Source: Isurus oxyrinchus (taxonomy: Eukaryota). From it: a stretch of DNA of 64,000 bases. The notes below the pieces were generated by a model, which searched no databases, was not told the DNA's origin, and saw nothing but the letters and a program-made list of their open reading frames with translations. The position numbers were made by a program, and so were the translations under genes. Numbering within the stretch: the stretch's first letter is position 1; each line of letters opens with the position of its first letter. The stretch spans positions 2,790,001 through 2,854,000 of the forward strand of contig JANJGN010000022.1 in NCBI GenBank assembly GCA_026770705.1, read 5' to 3'. Positions 59,781-64,000 of the stretch are shown here, one piece after another.

Positions 59781-59794
59781 CAGAAACGCAAACC

Positions 59795-60120
59795 CCCTCG
59801 TGGGGGAGTCTAGAACTAGGGGGCACAGTTTCAAAATAAGGGGTCTCCCATTTAAGGTGGAAATGAGGAGGAATTTCTTTGCACGGGGGTTGCTAATCCT
59901 GGAATTCTCTTTCCCAGAGAGCAGTAGAGGCTGGGTCGTTGAATATATTCGAGGCTGAGTTAGACAGGTTTTTGATCTACACACAAGTCGAGGGTTATGG
60001 GAGACAGACAGGAAAGTGGAGTTAAGGCCATAACCAGATTGACCATGACTGTAATGAACAGTGGAGCAGGCTTGAGGGGCCAAGTGGCTTACTCTTGCTC
60101 CTAGTGCTTACATTCTTGTC
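59795..60120 (+). mobile_element. CR1 3' end
   Basis: gagtctagaactagggggcacagtttcaaaataagggg...gaggaggaatttcttt...ggagcaggcttgaggggccaagtggcttactcttgctcct. Confidence 0.75.
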
Positions 60121-61869
60121 CTTTGGCTTTATTTTTCTTTCAATCATCACAAAGATTATCAGCAAAACAAAGACAGTTTAAAAGTTAAATTCCACTTTGG
60201 TGGAGATTTTTCTGTTCCTGGAATGTGAGCTGGCAATTAAGGCCAGGGTTTATTGTCCATCCCTAATTGGGATGTTGGTGGTGAGCTGCCTTCTTGAACC
60301 GCCGCAGCCCCTGCATGGACTGCTTGGGTCGAATGGCCTGTTTCTGTGCCATCTGGTGTAGGTACACCCACAATGCTGTTAAGAAAGGCGTTCCAAGTTT
60401 TTAACCCATTGTAATAGAACTAAAAACTCACATTCAAATTGGACAAGAGTAGGCGAAACAAGTCTCTGTGCTTTGCATAATGTGGGTGATTTTCCACTCC
60501 TGGCAACACTGTAATGTGCAGAATTCATTAAATATACATCCCATGACTAGGGAGACATGTGTAAACCACAACCTGCCCAATACCTCTTGTTTTCACAATC
60601 GGAAAAAGTTAAAATGAATTACTTTGAAGTGCAGTGATTTGTTATGTAGGGAAATGAAGCAACTGTTTTTGGGCACAGTAAGATTCCACAAGGAGCCAGT
60701 TAATCTATTTTTTCTTGTGGTGTTATTTGAAGGAGGAATGTTGGTCCAGTACACATGGGGAGAACTCCCATCCTTTCTTCCAAGAGAGCTTGACATCCAC
60801 CCAGGAACAGACACGAGAGCCACGGGTTAGCCTCACATTAGAAGAGGCTTTGGCGTTGCAACACTTGCTCCCACCTGTCAACTCATACAGCTTGCTGAGT
60901 TTGGGCTGGACTCTGTCAGTGAGAGGCAGGAGTTGAAACCTAGCCTTTTCTCTCGAACAGGTCCTGCTGGAGGGTTTGTTGTCTTTAAAAGGAATGTTGT
61001 TGGTAAGGTCATCCTTATCCTGCCAATAAGAGGCTTTCATTTATATAAGCTGTTGGCTTTCCTCCATTTCCTCATTTCAGCTCCATGGAGATGCAGTAAC
61101 AGAAGTGCGGAGGTAACTCGATGTGCTTTCGGAGTGACAGCAGTAATCGAGTCTAGGCTTGTGTGGGTCAATTTCCCTTCTGGTAAAGCTGAATTTATGA
61201 TCTGGATGAACTCTGACCCTTCCTCTGAATCAGCTGAAGAGACAGACTTACCCCTCTTGCTTTGCTCCTGAAATGTGGAATGGCCGGATATGGAGACTGA
61301 GGCATGGGTGGTGGCTCAGGGTTTATTACCTCCCTTTATAAGGCAAAGCTGCAGCACATTCTGATCTGGTTACTTGATGTGGAGAAACTCCTGACTGAGC
61401 ATCTGCTCTGCTGGGCACTCCCATATTCTCCTGGAATCAAAATGGGTTTGCTGTTCTTCAACGATGAATATCACTGATGATTTTTTCATTCATGGGATGT
61501 GGGTTCTACTGGCAATACTGGCATTTATTGCCCATTCCTTGTTACCCTGAGAAGGTGGTGGAGAGCCTTCACCTTGAATTGCTGGAGTGGTTTGATACAA
61601 CTGAGGGACTTGATAGCCGCTTCAGTGGACATTGAATCATTGAGACCATTTGGACCAATGTGTCAATGTCAGCTCTTTGAAACAGCCATTCAATTAGCTC
61701 CACACCCCATTCTCTACCCCCATAACCCTGAAAAATTTCCTTTTCAAGTATTTATCCAATTCCCTTTTGTAAGTTACTATTGAATTTGCTTTCACAGCCT
61801 TTCAGGCAGCGCGTTCCAGATCATCATAACTCGCTGTGTAAAAAAAAAAAAAAAATTCTCCTCAACTTC

Positions 61870-62125
61870 ATTAGTGTAGGACTGGAGTCACAGAAGGTCC
61901 CAGATCAGGTAAGGACAGCAGGTTTCCTTCCCTAAAGGACATTAGTGAACCAGTTGGTTACAATGGACAATCCAACAGTTTCATGGTCACTTTTACTGAG
62001 ATAGTTTTTCTTGAAGCTGAATTCAGATTCACAAAATGCCATGAGGGGATTTGAATTTGGTTTTAAAGTTGTTTTGTAATTTGCCCAGCTATCTGGCTTG
62101 CTGGAATAGTGATATAATCACTATG
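61870..62125 (-). mobile_element. Fragment of the tRNA-derived SINE family (42147 type)
   Basis: ctggagtcaca...caggtaaggacagcaggtttccttccctaaaggacattagtgaaccag. Confidence 0.65.
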
Positions 62126-63202
62126 CTTTGCAAGGTTGTGGAGATAAAAAGGGCTATGGGGCTAAATTGGACAACTCTTTTGAAGGGCTGGCACAGGTAA
62201 GATGGGCTAAATGGCCTCCTCTGTGCTGTAAGATTCTCTGCTTCTATAGCCTCCCATCTCTAACCACCCGACACAGTCAAAGAGCCCTTTCCCCCTCTCA
62301 AATACTCATAACTAATAACCAGAAAAGTTCAAATAAAATGCATAAAAACACATTTTTAAAGTCTCTGATTTTTCTGTGCAACTTTCAGCTCCAAAGTTGT
62401 TGAGGCTGAGGGTTAATTCAAATTTCAAAACTGAGATTGATGGAGCTGAGGGGGAATGTCTTCTCCCAGAGGGTCGTTAATCTTTGGCACTCATTACCCC
62501 GGAGAACAGCAGAGGCTGGGTCATTGAATATGTGCCTCGGTGTCAAATATTGTCTGTTAACTGCCCCTGTGAAACACCCCAGGCTGGTTTAATAAGTTAA
62601 AGGTGCAGTATAAAGTTTTTGCTGTTGTGATCAGAAATGTGTTGCCTGAAAGGAAGTAGATTCAGTCCAACCGTTTAAAAGGGAATTGGATAATAATTGA
62701 AAAGGAGAAATTGACAGGGCTATGGGGTAAGAGCAGACAGAGCGGTACCAAGCTGACACCTCTTTCACAGGGCTGGCACAGGCACAATGGGCCAAATGGC
62801 CTCCTTCTGTGCTGTGAGATTTTATGATTAAAAACAAGTCCATTTTGCACTCCTGTCACAGACCAATTTCATGCGCCCCGCCACCAATCATATCCCCCAT
62901 GTGGCCCAAACGGAGTGTCTCATGGATACCAGGTCCAGAGAAATCTCATGGATGCAGTGTTCACTGTGATATTGCACTCTGTACGCTCAGGAAACAAATC
63001 CAAATCAATATAGTTCGTGTGTCAATCACAGTCTCCCAGCCCTCAATTCAGACATTCACCCAACCCATTAGAACAATGGCAGTGAAAACATGAGAAGTCA
63101 AGTGATTAGATTTCCAACACAGACTGCAATCTCCAGTAAATATGAGCAGGGATTGGGCTGCAGCACCATATCCCAAACATTCAGGAACCAAGAGCCAACT
63201 CA

Positions 63203-64000
63203 TCACTGCGACAGGGTATAGAGCAAGCTGTACTCTGTAGCAGATCCATGCTGTACCTGTCCTGGGAGTGTTTGATGGGGACAGTGTAGAAGGAGTTTTA
63301 CTCTGTATCTAACCCCGTGCTGTACCTGTCCTGGGAGTGTTTGATGTGGACAGTGTAGAGGGAGCTTTACTTTATATCTAACCCCGTGCTGTACCTGTCC
63401 TGGGAGTGTTTGATGTGGACAGTGTAGAGGGAGCTTTACTCTGTATCTAACCCCGTGCTGTACCTGTCCTGGGAGTGTTTGATGGGGACAGTGTAGAGGG
63501 AGCTTTACTCTGTATCTAACCCCGTGCTGTACCTGTCCTGGGAGTGTTTGATGGGGACAGTGTAGAGGGAGCTTTACTCTGTATCTAACCCCGTGCTGTA
63601 CCTGTCCTGGGAGTGTTTGATGGGGACAGTGTAGAGGGAGCTTTACCCTGTATCTAACCCCGTGCTGTACCTGTCCTGGGAGTGTTTGATGGGGACAGTG
63701 TAGAGGGAGCTTTACTCTGTATCTAACCCTGTGCTGTACCTGCCCTGGGAGTGTTTGATGGGGATGGTGTAGAGAGAGCTTTACTCTGTATCTAACCCTG
63801 TGCTGTACCTGTCCTGGGAGTGTTTGATGGGGACAGTGTAGAGGGAGCTTTACTCAGTATCTAACTCCGTGCTGGACCTGTCCTGGGAGTGTTTGATGGG
63901 GACAGTGTAGAGGGAGCTTTACTCTGTATCTAACCCCGTGCTGTACCTGTCCTGGGAGTGTTTGATGTGGACAGTGTAGAGGGAGCTTTACTTTATATCT
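63203..64000 (-). repeat. Satellite array, 69-bp unit in reverse orientation, at least 11 copies, runs off the window end
   Basis: gtgctgtacctgtcctgggagtgtttgatggggacagtgtagagggagctttactctgtatctaacccc is the reverse complement of the 57612-58249 unit. Confidence 0.97.

Noticed and set aside
48806-64000. Exons of expected neighbouring genes (WFIKKN2 downstream and SPAG9 upstream in human)
   Set aside because: No ORF or peptide resembling either was recognised in the window; small exons could have been missed by eye.

Overview
Vertebrate genomic DNA, most likely a cartilaginous fish (shark). This is inferred from the repeat landscape: CR1 and L2 LINEs, Deu-domain SINEs, Penelope-like elements, Harbinger relics and a 69-bp satellite. 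There is one clear protein-coding gene, TOB1 (single coding exon 46954-47925, + strand). It has a CpG-rich promoter at about 42.8-44.0 kb with CCAAT, GC, CRE, NRF1-type and TATA motifs, a first intron containing a 100-N gap and a C-rich minisatellite, and an AT-rich 3'UTR. The rest is mostly decayed and often nested transposons plus tandem arrays: a 4.7-kb array of a 32-bp unit with higher-order structure, and two inverted arrays of a 69-bp unit. The most notable items are (1) minimal hammerhead-ribozyme motifs in the inverted termini of Penelope-like elements, one family with a non-canonical CUGUCGA core; (2) mirror-image G/C-skewed repeats on both sides of the TOB1 promoter; (3) a likely shared ancestry of the two satellites; and (4) a SINE/LINE pair sharing a 3' tail. 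Almost all other ORFs in the track are TE relics or low-complexity artefacts. I found no convincing wholly new gene system. TE boundaries were read by eye and are approximate unless a TSD or TIR is quoted.
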